Below are positions 24,399-35,953 of a stretch of 64,000 nucleotides of DNA, in pieces; positions within the stretch are counted from its first letter, which is position 1, and each line of letters begins with the position of its first letter. The DNA is taken from assembly GCF_006345805.1 (NCBI RefSeq), contig NC_043019.1, forward strand, positions 21,265,360 to 21,329,359. Direction: 5' to 3'. This DNA comes from Octopus sinensis. Lineage: Eukaryota. The translations under genes were made by a program, and so were the position numbers. The notes below the pieces were generated by a model that ran no database searches, had not been told where the DNA came from, and saw nothing but the letters and a program-made list of their open reading frames with translations.

Positions 24399-24912
24399 TG
24401 AATAATATAGTAAGATATACAGAATGTCTAAATAAAAGATGAAATGTTTACTGCTTGATAAGGTCTCATCTGGCCCCAAATAACATGCACACACACACAC
24501 ACTCTCTCTCCCTCCCTCTCTGCTCTCCACCCACTTCTCTCCAGTTCTCAAATGTAGTTATTTTGTTTTGAATGCCTTCTACCAAAGACAGCGCCTTTGC
24601 CATGAATTTGGTGCAATTTCTATTAACAAAAAGCAGCAACTGTTTTTCTTGCACGCTCATGAATGTACACACATACATTTTATTTTGGTTGGGTCAGTCT
24701 GTTGCTACTCTGAGTTTTATCTGTGAGTCTGCCTGAAGACCCTTTGTACTCACAGCTGAGCAACAGACTGACTCAACCAAAATAAATATCATTAATCTAT
24801 ACTGTAGCACCAAGTACACTTTTTCCTAGCAGTATATATATATATATATAATAATATTAGGGAGTATGGCTCCAAACTTACAGGGAAAAATAGTGGTTTT
24901 ATCTCTAATTTA

Positions 24913-24946
<34 letters not shown>

Positions 24947-26299
24947 ATGTATGTATAATGTTTTGCAAGGACAAGGTTGATAGTAACTTTGAAGTTTCTC
25001 CAATGACCCTTTGACAGACTAATGAAGCCGATCACCACTGCAATTTCAGAGTCACTGTCAACCCTTTCTTTTTTGTACTCTGGTAAAATTACTTATCAAG
25101 TACTCTTTAAGTTAACATTTGATGATTTTGTTTTTAACATATGATTTTTTTTTATAAAACATAAGCATCAATATACACATATATTTATATTGCATATATA
25201 CACATACATACATACATTACTTTATTGATTAAACTTTTGAAGGTTGTTATACACCACTAATCACAATGCACTTCCTCACATTGTAGCTTTCAAATAATGC
25301 CACTCCTCTGGCTAGGTAGCCAGGCCAACATTTCCCCTGAATGGTACGCCAGTCTATTGCAGGGTTACCTGTTTACAGATGAATTGACTGAGATGTAAAA
25401 TGAAGTGTTTTGCTCAAGAACACAACACACTGCCCAACTAGGAATCAAAGCCATGATCTTGCGATTGTAAGTGCAACACCCTAACCACTAAGCCATGCAT
25501 CTTCACACATACATATATACATATATATATATCTATATACACACACGTGTATTAAAATAAAAGACAAAAATTTCAAATGCTTCATTCAGAAACAGAATTA
25601 TTTCTTCAAACCTCAATCTTGCCATATTTATTGTCCATTATATTCACTTCTAAAAAATGTTATCGAGTTTCCGTTCAAACTTTTGGAAATTATTACCAAA
25701 ATATATTTAAAAAAAAGAAGAAAATATTCTAATCGAGACTAAAATCTAAACAGTTTTATTATATCTTCTGTTATTTTTGTACATCATTTCCTGGTCTTTC
25801 TCTTTCTCTCTTCACTCAAATTTCCAAACGACACCTTCTCCCTACCCACTGTAAATATTCGATCTGAACACAGTTTACACACAGGCACCTGACTTCACTA
25901 TCATGGTAATATCATTATTAGATGTTTTAGGTAGTGAACAGGTAATTAATCTATCAAAATCCAGTTGTTTGGACAGTGGACTTCACTGTTTCAAAATATG
26001 GAGAAGAATAAAATAAAATACATAAAAAAATCTGATATTTGCATTTTTCTTAGCAGATGTTTTCACTGTTGTACAATTTAGAGACTGTTCACTTCCAAAC
26101 ATAGCCACATTCATTAGTGAACGAACACGACCACTACAATGTATATTATGTGTTAGAAACGTGCTGTTTACTATGTAGGATCAAGTTCATTTGTGCCATA
26201 TGATTGTTAAGGTGTGTTTATTGTACAATGAGCCTCTTACTATGCTTCAGCCAACTTACAACAACTCTTGAATATTTGCATCAAGGTTGTTTCTGTTGT

Positions 26300-27048
26300 A
26301 TTACTCTTACTCTTTACTCTTTTACTTGTTTCTGTCATTTGACTGCGGCCATGCTGGAGCACCGCCTTTAATCGAGCAACTTGACCCCGGGACTTATTCT
26401 TTTTTGTAAGCCCAGTACTTATTCTATCGGTCTCTTTTGCCGAACCACTAAGTAATGGGGACATAAACACACCAGCACCGGTTGTCAAGCAATGCTACAG
26501 CAGCGCTATAGTGATGCACTGTTGTTGTGCAGGTCCTGCAGGGTGACTGACGTGGTTTCAGTCTGAAGATAAACCAACTGACCCAGATTCAACATTTATT
26601 TTTATACAAGAAGACCCCAAATTGACATCAGTGCCACTACTTTTATCTCTTACTTGTTTCGGGCATTAGACAGCTGTCATGCTGAAGCTCTGCCTTGGAG
26701 AACTTTTGTTGGATGCATTGACCCCAGGACTTATTTTTAAGTCTGGTTCGTATTCTGTTGGTGCCTTTTGCAGAACTACTGAGTTACAGGGGTGTATACA
26801 GACCAAAATCGGTTGTCAAGCAATAGTGGGGTACAAATACATACACAATAATACACACAAACACACACACATATGTGTGTGTGTGTGTGTGTGACTTGTT
26901 TCTTTCAGTTTCCATCTACCAAATCCACTCACAAAGCTTTGGTTGGCCCAAGGCCGTAGTAGAAAACACTTGTCCAATGTGTCACACAGTGGGACTGAAC
27001 CTGAACCCATATGGTTGGGAAGCAAACTTTTTACCACACAGCCATCCT
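26300..27048 (-). mobile_element. Two SINE family A copies (3' half at 26300-26488; diverged full copy at 26645-27048)
   Basis: Tail motif TTTTACTTGTTTC.GTCATTTGACTG.GGCCATGCTGGAGCACCGCC and head remnants. Confidence 0.75.
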
Positions 27049-27249
27049 TGCACCTATACTATTTACTAATGAAAAACTCAAGTTAGCAAGTATATCCCTT
27101 GCATGTTCTTTCACCATGTAGATAACAGCAACGAAGTCTTCTTCAATTACCACCTCAATTACCTTCAAATTAGTAATCTAAGGGATCCAGAATACTCAGC
27201 TGAAATTATCAACAATCAAGTGCTGGGGCAATTCTTTCTCCTTCCAGAT

Positions 27250-28860
27250 GTGAAAGGAAAGCACTCCTTAAGACATCCAGAGCCAGCAAGACTGACTGTA
27301 TCATCAGCAAAATCCAGGCTACTAATTCTGGTTTCACTAATGAGTATTCTACAACTCAATTGAGTCACTGCCCAGCCAAGTGCCCAGTTCATGCAGGCAT
27401 TTTTAGAGTGGGAGTCAAGCACAACTCTGAGAGACCCCAGCACTAACTGGGAAGAAGTCAGACGTTTAGCTCCTCCTAATCCAGACCGCACTCACTGTTC
27501 CAGTATACAAGGTTGCCATCAGTTCAGCCAGTTGGGGAGGTATACCTCACAGCTCCAGAATTCTCCAGAGCACATCCCAGTCCATTGAGTCAAACAGCTT
27601 ATGGAAGTCAACATAAGCTGCAAGCAGCCCCTGCCAAGAACCCCGCCAGTGCTTGAGGAGTGTACAGAGAGCCAGGATCCTGTTTGAAGGGTGTAGTGTG
27701 ATGGCGGAAAAGGACAACAGAAAAAGAAGCAAACGGGGGAAAGAAATACAAAGGGCCTTACCTGTTGGCCTTGGCGGAATGAGCAATCACTCTCAAGAAA
27801 TAAACACGTCTTTGCTTGTTGCCGTTACACTCCAGTCAGTGATTCTCCCTCATGTCCCGCCAGTTTAACCAATCTTCTGAGTTCGTTTGCAAATACGTCA
27901 ACCTGTTCTCCAGTCCATTTTGCTTTTCCCAGGCGAACATGCCTTCTGCAAAGGCCTCCATCAAACGGATTTCTATTTTCTCAGCGCTAAGTTGGTCCCT
28001 CTCTTCCATTTCTAGGTACAGCGCCAACACCGAACCATCTAAGTATAGCGGTATAAAACTTGCTAAGTCGTTTACAGCGTAGAGCTTCGCCACCAACTTC
28101 ATCTTTTTCAACCAAGCGACTACATCCGTGTCACTGCAAAATGGTTTGATCATATCGTTTGAAATACGGACAACACTCATCATTCATTTTTTTTTTGTTA
28201 TGGGCTGAAATAGCTTGTAGTGTGATGAAGGAAAAGGACAACAGAAAAAGAAGCAAACGAGAGAAAGAAATACAAAAGGCCTTACCTGTTGACCTCAGCA
28301 GAATCAGCGGTCACTCTCAAGAAATAAACACGTCTTTGCTCGCTGCTGTCTCTGCTCGAACTGACCACACATGCTTCCTGCCCACGCATGCTCCTGTGGC
28401 TCTTCCGCCGACCCCTGCAGTCTTCACTTCCCTTTTACCTCATCTAAAATCCTCTCCACCAACACCACATAGCTCATCACAGCCCATAACACCGCTAACA
28501 CCACAAGGGGCAAGAAAATGATTTCACAGTCTGGCAGAAACCTTACTAGGCACTGACTGGAGTGTAACAACCCTAGAGTTGTTATAGTTGTGGCAGTTAC
28601 CTTTAACGTTCCAGATAGGGATAATTATGCTCCTCTACCAGTTAGGTGGTATGATGCAACTGTTCCAAATTGTACGGATGATCTTCCACAAAAATAAGAC
28701 TGAAAGAGGCCACCGTTCTTGATTATTTCTCCAGGGATGCTGCAAACACCAGCTGCCTTCCTGTCCCTCAACTGATTTACTGTCATACAAACTCCGTTTA
28801 CAGTCGGTAGATCACAGATAACTGGCAGGTCAGTCACCAGTGCTGAAGGCATTGCAATGT
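27250..28860 (-). mobile_element. Degraded RTE LINE RT region (27250-27691 and 28510-28860), interrupted by the LTR element
   Basis: VNQLRDRKAAGVCSIPGE...GVTLQSVPSKV / RILAL...GLLAAYVDFHKLFDSMDWDVLWRILEL*GIPP...SDFFPV / ISSLDFADD motifs, with stops and frameshifts. Confidence 0.8.
27692..28505 (-). mobile_element. Internally deleted Gypsy-type LTR retrotransposon (5' LTR 28216-28505, gag remnant ~27842-28183, partial 3' LTR 27692-27823)
   Basis: TG...CA ends with TGTGGTGT/ACACTACA terminal inverted motif and 4-bp TSD AGGG (27688-27691, 28506-28509). LTR copies ~89% identical over ~130 bp by eye. Gag-like MIKPFCSDTDVVAWLKKMKLVAKL...LASFIPLYLDGSVLALYLEMEE...(frameshift)KWTGEQVDVFANELRRLVKLAGHEGE. 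Confidence 0.85.
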
Positions 28861-28864
28861 ATAA

Positions 28865-29079
28865 CCCTTTCGTTACTGTATTTATTTTGAGATGCTCTGT
28901 GTTTCTTTCAATTATTTTAAATATAACAAAGAATTTAGTAAAATAACTTAGTTATCATTAAGCTAGTGTTAGGAACAGAAATTGTGACTAAGGTTTGGTG
29001 GAAGATTTTAATTCAAAACTCATGAAAACAAGACATTTGTACTCAGAGCCAGAGCCAGTTTTGGTTAGTGACAAAAGGG
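28865..29079. mobile_element. piggyBac-like MITE family 1 (~220 bp, TTAA|CCCTTTCGTTAC...GTAACGAAAGGG|TTAA)
   Basis: TIRs and TTAA flanks. Close copies at 39486-39706, 48884-49104 and 61511-61730 (opposite orientation). Confidence 0.85.
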
Positions 29080-29642
29080 TTAAAGGACAATGTTCAGTGA
29101 GCTACCACCTTGAGCTCCTCTGTCAAGAGTACTCCATCAGAGTCGGAGTCAGAAGTGTGAAGCTGACTCTTAACCACCTCTCAGATTCCTCAAACCTGCT
29201 TATCCAGATGTGGGCAATTATAAGGGAAGAAAATTTATTGGTAGAGACACCTAAAATGATTAGTAATATTCCAGATAAAAAGATCAGATGTTCACATCTA
29301 GAATGCTTGTCAAAGGATAAAATCTCATTAGACAGAAAATTCTCTTTCAGTTTGCAACAGGCCTTAATATTCTAGGAAAGAAGATGGGCTGGCCACAGTA
29401 AGAATACTAGCCAAAAGGTAATTCTCTCTCAACATAAGTAGATATTGTAGAATGACGGAATCCCAATGTTACTATATTGCTGGTCCTTATATCAGAACAA
29501 AGGTATGGACTTTTCTTACCTGGGCTGGGCAATAAGTTGTATTCTTCAGCAAGGCACTTCATTCCATAAACATTGCTTCAGTCTATTCAACCATAAAAAA
29601 GAACCAGTCAAGTACTGGTGTGGGTTTTTTTTATCTTTTCAG

Positions 29643-30059
29643 CAGTGTCCAACCCACCTAACCTCTGGCCAGAACCTAATGGTAAATTCTCTCTCCTCAC
29701 ACAGCCACAAACATCTGTCCTGTCCAACAACCCCAGTGTGAAAGAGACCATTCCCCTCACTTCCCTGCTTCAAAAGCCAAAGCCTAGTTTTGTTCTGTTG
29801 GGATGAAAGGGTGTCTATGTCTGCTCAAAACTACACAGGCATCTAAAACAATGAATGAAATGTGTGGATGAGGTGAACCAGAAACATAGGGTTATGACAT
29901 GTGTCACACAAACAGCTAAGGGGCCTTTCTGGAAGCAGGGGAGTGAGGGAGTGGTCTCTTTTATATTGGGATTGTTGGACAGGACAGATGTTTGTGGCTG
30001 TGTGAGGAGAGGGAATTTACCATTAGGTTCTGGCCAGAGATTAGGTGGGTTGGGCACTG
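29643..30059. repeat. Imperfect inverted repeat, ~133-bp arms (29643-29775 / 29926-30059)
   Basis: CAGTGTCCAACCCACCTAACCTCTGGCCAGAACCTAATGGTAAATTC.CTCTCCTCACACAGCCACAAACATCTGTCCTGTCCAACAA... on both strands. Confidence 0.9.
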
Positions 30060-30684
30060 ATGTATATAACCTGGCTGGAAAGGATTCATGCTATGAGAGA
30101 ACCTGCAAGGTTGGTGAATTGTGCTTTCTTTCCACAGACAACATAAGAGCATGGTATATGCTATGAGGTTCTATTCACTTGTGAGTGACGGCTGTTGTCT
30201 ATTATTACGAAGCTACAGGATATGATGATGGAAATAGTACATAGTTTAGGTCGATATTGCTGCTATTTGTGTTAAAATATTTCACATCCATAATATTACA
30301 GCCCTTTATTGTATTTTAAAATAATTTACAACAATTAAGTACTTTTAATTTTTTTTTTTTTTTTAATGTAATTCCTAGCATTTTTCAAGCTTCAGTAGAA
30401 TGGTATTATTAAATCTTTTTCCTGAAAATAAAGAAGCCAACCTATACAATTATTTTCTAAGATGGAATATATCGAAAGCTCACATTTTATCAATTCAACC
30501 AAATATCTGCTTCTTTCATTTATCTATTTAGAATTTATTTCCCTAAAAAACCTGTCCACAATATACTGAAATTGTAGAATTTGAAAACTTACAAATGATA
30601 TTTCGAAAATATTTGCATATTTAAAGATATTTCGAAAATCATTTGCCATTTACTACTAGTTATGGTTTTGTTGAAAAAAGAGAA

Positions 30685-31000
30685 TGATTGATTGATTGAT
30701 TGATTGATTCTAGTTTCAGCTCATGAGCTGTGGCCATGCTGGGGCACCACCATTTGGTGTTGCTACATGGTTTTACATCACGAAAGCTTTTTAGCAACTG
30801 CCATTTGGTGCATGAGAGAGTTCGATGCAGCTGCCCTCATCTGCACCTCCTGCCGTGAAGTTGGTTCATCTGGGATACCTGACAGGAAGAGATCCAGTTT
30901 CATTTTAAAGACATCTGCATCTACCCCATGCAGGTCTCTTAGGTTCTTTGGGAGGATATTGAAGAGCTGTGGGCCTCGGAAGCCCAGGCTATCACAGTGG
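30685..31000 (-). mobile_element. 3' end of a CR1/L2-group LINE with (AATC)n tail
   Basis: HCDSLGFRGPQLFNILPKNLRDLHGVDADVFKMKLDLFLSGIPDEPTSRQEVQMRAAASNSLMHQMAVAKKLS*, then a short 3' UTR and (AATC)6. Confidence 0.8.
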
Positions 31001-31189
31001 AGATTTTTTTATAAAGATTATTTGATAGTTCATCATCTTCTTACCATCTACTTTTCCATCATTGAAGTGTCATCTACTATAGCCCAGGGCCAAAAATGTG
31101 TGAATAGATTGTGGATTTGGGAGATGGAAACTGAAAGAAGCTTGTACTGTAGATTTGTACTGCATCCAAGAAGTAAGGTGGAGAGGAAG

Positions 31190-31972
31190 TTCTGCTAGGT
31201 TTCTCACAGGCAAAGAACACAGGTGTAAGATTTTCTAGGTAGGGAACACATGGGGTTGGGGGTGTGGATATTCTTGCGGAGAAATGAGTTGATAAGGTAA
31301 TCGAGGTAGACAGAGTCTGTGACAGAATACTTAAGTGTAGATTAGTGCTGCAACATACTTTAGCAACCATTATCTCGGCTTATGCCCCTCAGCCAGGGAT
31401 ACCTGATGGACAGAAAGACTGATTTTATGACACCCTCTTGTAGACTACCTCATTGAAGAATGACAGGGACCTTCTCTTTGTGGCTGGTGACTTCAAAGGG
31501 CATGTTGAACAACATTCAGGGAGCTTCCATGGTGTACATGGTGGCAACGGATTTGGGTCCCACAATGAGGAGGGAACTAGGCTGCTGGAGTTCTGTGATG
31601 CAAATGATCTTATGGTCTGTAATACTAACTTCAGGAAACCTGCCAGTCACCTGTTCACCTACCAATCTGGTAGACACACTAGTCAGATTGCCAGGAAACA
31701 GGAAAGATTGCTACTTATAAATGCCAAAACCTTTCCAGGTGAAGAATGCACCCCACAACATAAGTTAGTAGTTAGTGACTTCATGATCAGGGCTAAATGG
31801 ATGCCCAGAAGATGACCAGCATGGAAAAGAAGGGTTTAGAAGCTTAAGGATCCTGTAAATGGACAGAGATTTAGAGACGTATTACTCGAAGCTTTTGACT
31901 AAAAAGATGAGGTTACAGCATCACATAATGTGGAAGGCAACTGGAGGTTCCTATGGGACAACCAGTTGAGGG
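31190..31972 (+). mobile_element. Degraded RTE LINE apurinic-like endonuclease fragment
   Basis: ...RVCDRIL...TIISAYAPQ...FYDTLL...LFVAGDFKGHV...NEEGTRLLEFCDANDLMVCNTNFRK...EECTPQHKLVVSDF...KLKDPVNGQRFRD. Confidence 0.88.
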
Positions 31973-33420
31973 CATGGTGCATTTTACATGCCACCGGCAC
32001 AGGTATCGCAACCACAATTTCCATTTGATCTTTGATGCTGACGTACTTGACTCAATAGGTCTCCTCAAGCACAGCAGGTCACCCTACGATCCAAGGCACT
32101 TTGGAAGAGCTGGGGCTTCTATGTGAAGCTGGTGCAAGAAACAGTCTTGAACTCACATTATTTGTCAGGTCTTCGCAGTCACAACATATCTCCAGAGGTC
32201 TCGGTCTTCTGTCATTGCCTCTGTGAGACCCAACGTTCGAAGGTCATGCTTGACCACCTCATCCCATATCTTTCTGGGTCTACCTCTACTCCAGATTCCG
32301 TCCCTAAATCTCTGACCATGTAAAGGGTTCTTTAGCTTCCAAATCCTTCTTTTCTGGATTGGTCTGCTTCTTGGTATCCTTCTGACCTCAAACCTAAAGT
32401 CACTAATGACTAGACTATGCTGAGGGGAACATTCTTCACTCGGGAGGGTCTTTGTATTTAAGAGCAACCCTGCGTCCCACTGTCAGGTGAAGATGAAATC
32501 AATCTGGCTAGCAGAGTCCCCTGACTGATAGGTTATAAGGTGGGGGTCTGGATTCCTGATGTTAGTGTTGCCAATTGAAAGGTTACATGCATCACAGAAT
32601 TCCAGTAGTCTAGTCCCCTCATCGTTTCGCATGCCAATACCATGGCCACCGTGTACCCAGTGAAGATACCCGATTCCTGCCCAACATGCCCATTAAAGTC
32701 TCCAGCCACAAAGATGAGATCATTGCCACTCATCTTTGAGGTAGCCTGTAGAAGGGTATCATAAAAGTGGTCCCGTATGTGGGGCATAGGCGGAGATAAT
32801 TGTAGCTGTGCCATTCTGTACGACTAGCCTGAGCTTAAGCACTCTATCGCATACCCTGACAACCTCTCTGACCTTATCCACCCATTTCTCCACAAGGAGT
32901 ATGCCTACACCCCCTACACCATCCATGTTACCTTGCCAGAAGACTTTATACCTATATGCCTTGCCTGTGAGGACCCTAGCTGAAGCACCTCTCCATCTTA
33001 CCTCTTGTATGCAGCATACGTCAACCTGTCTCCTTTCAAGCATCTCTACAATCTCACCAGACCTACCTTTCAGTGTACAAACATCGATAGGGCCAACTCT
33101 GAAAACTGGGAAGGTAATGTGGTGTGAGCTTTGGGGAGGAGGGATGTAATTCAGCACCTGAAAAGAAGAGGGTTGTTGTGGTGATCTTTTTTTTAGGCAA
33201 ACTTCATCTGATCTCTCTTCCGACCTGACAAAATTCAAGCATTTAGGCATGTTAAGATTGTTGCTCCTGCTGGAGGTAGGAGCCGGTGTTAGCAGCATTG
33301 TAAGCATAAGCATTAAGGTCATCGATGATGTAGATGTAAGCTGTGTGGCGGAAATATTGATATTCCAGATGTTAGTAACGTTGTAAGCAAGCATTATGGT
33401 CATTGAATGGTGTAGTTTTA
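31973..33420 (-). mobile_element. RTE LINE derivative with endonuclease and 3' end but no RT domain
   Basis: ORF track 32759-33403, 32533-32814 and 32165-32467: VGPIDVCTLKGRSGEIVEMLERRQVDVCCIQEVRWRG...GVGGVGIL...SAYAP...VAGDFNGHVG...QHSLVISDF...GQRFRD|GIWSRGRPRKIWDEVVKHDLRTLGL...DRDLWR*, then the family C 3' UTR. Confidence 0.85.
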
Positions 33421-33944
33421 AGCAGTGTAGCAGAAATATGGATATTCCAGTGTTAGGTTAGGAGGGGTTCAGCTGAAAACTGGTTGCATTTGCGGTGGGA
33501 AAGGGTTCAGGCAGAGAGAAGAGAGGGATGGAGAAGAGAGAGTGCAGGTAATATAGGGAACAGTATCGGTGAGGAGGGGGAGTTAGGGGAAGCGATAACT
33601 GGTAGGGGTGGTGAAAGGTTCTAGACAGAACGAAACGTAGGATAGTACCAGTGAGAAGGGGGAACTGGAAGAGGAGATAGCTGGTTGAGGTGGTGCCAGA
33701 TTTCTAAACAGAAAGAAACGTAAGATAACTGGTTAAGTTGGGGGGGGGTTGATGAGCAGCTGCGCTAGCTGCATCTGTCCAAGGAGAGAGAAGCACAACC
33801 ACCTGTCTTCGTCTTTTATTTTTTTCGTAAACTCTCCCTAACACATAGTGAAATAGCCCATTGAGAAGGAGGGGTTGAAGAATAGACACACGTAATGGTG
33901 GTGGAAGAAGGGATATCAGGAGTAGATGGTGTGAATATAGAGAT

Positions 33945-34632
33945 ATCCGAGAGAAACAACTATCATAGAGAAACAAACAAAATTATTATCATAGAGAGAC
34001 GAATAATTATCATACTAAACTTTACGAGAAACGAAATAAAATGAAAAATATATTTGCAGGGGCAATATCAATGGTTAGCTCATGAAAAACAGTTAGAAAA
34101 TAAATAATATATGTTAGTGTTAGTGGCGAATGTAGTACGAGGGATCGAAAAAAATGAAATGAGTAGATCTTACCTTGCTTTGGACATCGTTGGCCGAGGA
34201 ATGAATTAATGGAAGGAATCACATGGGGCGAGTTTTTAAATATAGACCGACTGGAAGCGAGTTTAGGTTGGGGACAGACGAAAATGGTAAAAGAGGTTAA
34301 ACAGGCTGCCAGAGGCGAAGTTTTGATAGGGGACAGAATGTGAATTGAATGAGGAGAAACGAATAATTATCGCAGAGAAACAGATATCATAGAGGAACGA
34401 ACAAATTATTATCATAGAGAAACGAATAATTATCATACTAAACTTTACGAGATATGAAATAAAATTAAAATTATATTTGAGGGGGAAATATCAATGGTTA
34501 GCTCATGAAAAACGAACGGTTAGTAAATAAATAATACATGTTAGTGTTAGTGGCGAATGTAGTACAAGGGATCGAAAGAAATTAAATGAGTAGATCTTAG
34601 TTTGCTTTGGACATCATTGGCTGAGGAATGAA
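33945..34632. repeat. Direct repeat, two ~250-bp copies (33945-34205 and 34375-34632), period ~425 bp
   Basis: TATCATAGAG...TACTAAACTTTACGAG...GTTAGTGGCGAATGTAGTAC...GAGTAGATCTT...GAGGAATGAA occurs twice. Confidence 0.85.
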
Positions 34633-35589
34633 ACATATTTTTCATCATCATCATCATCATCATTTAACGTCCATTTTCCATGCAGGGCCAGGAACCACAC
34701 CAGATTCCACATCTAATTTGGCTTGGAATCTATGACTGGATGTCCTTCCTAATGCAACCCACTCTAGAGTGTGTACAGGGTGCTTTATACATAGCACCAT
34801 AACTTGTGCTTTTTATATGGCACCTAGGTTTTATGATCTCAATTCTGTTTTGGTGGGCATATATATAATTCAAAATAGTGGTGAAAGATGTGTACAACTG
34901 ATGGTAAATACATTTCCTCAGCCAACTTTTGTTCCAGAATCATTAGGATTTCAGCACTTGGATAAATAGTTGGTATCACTCATATATATAAATGTGTGCC
35001 TCCTTGTCTTGACATCATGTGATAACAACTGTAAATGAGTGTCACCATCATACAAGCAGTGTCCATTGTTTCCAATCCTCATGTCTGGTCATGAGGAAAT
35101 GTTACCTTGCTTGTAAAGAAGTGAGGATAGGTAACAGGAAGGGCATCCAGTCATAGAAAACTTGCCTCATATCATTAAAAAGTTCATCCATATTCAAATA
35201 TAATTTCTCATTTAGTTTTAACACCTCAGCAACATCAGTAAACTTTTCATCTGTTTCATTATGGAGATGGTCAGTAGCTCCTCCTTTTTTAAATTCTTTG
35301 GCAGTCAACTCTGAAACTGGTAGTTTTTTCTGCCAGCATCTGCTTCCTTTTTAGAATATTCTCAAATGATTCAATTGCTTCAAAAATAAACTTGAGGGGG
35401 CCTTTAAGTCACAAGCAGCATTCTGAAAGCTTATGGTATGATCTTTGAGTTGCTTTCTATCACAATAAATCTGAATAAGAACTTTATTCCAAAATTCAAG
35501 CTAAACTTGGAATTTGGTTTTGCTCAGCTTTACCGAAAATATAGTCTCTAGTGTGGGTTCAGATCTGACTGGTCTTCCACTGATGTGAT

Positions 35590-35875
35590 GTGATATTCTC
35601 ATGGCATCAGCCTCAGAAGAAGTGCCATGAACTGGGGAAGAAGATTTACACAACTATTAGGGATCCAACTAAAGTACTTGATACAGTCAGCAGGTCAGAT
35701 CTTTTTAAGGTCCTAGATAAAGATGGACGTCCATCAACATTGTTCAAGCTAGCTGTCTTCTCCCATTTAATTTTTTGTTTTAGGTGCCTTTAAAGTTGTA
35801 AACAAATATAAACATCTTCTTGGTCATACCCTAGATGTACTCTTTGATCCAGTGGCATGTCCAGGATATGACAGC

Positions 35876-35880
<5 letters not shown>
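35590..35880 (+). mobile_element. Highly degraded RTE RT fragment
   Basis: DPTKVLDTVSRSDLFKVLDKDGRPSTL resembles the RTE DLTKAFDTVSR..LW..L...GCP motif. Confidence 0.5.

Positions 35881-35953
<73 letters not shown>

Noticed and set aside
30704-31198. 164-aa plus-strand ORF
   Set aside because: Antisense to a LINE 3' end and running into a SINE fragment.
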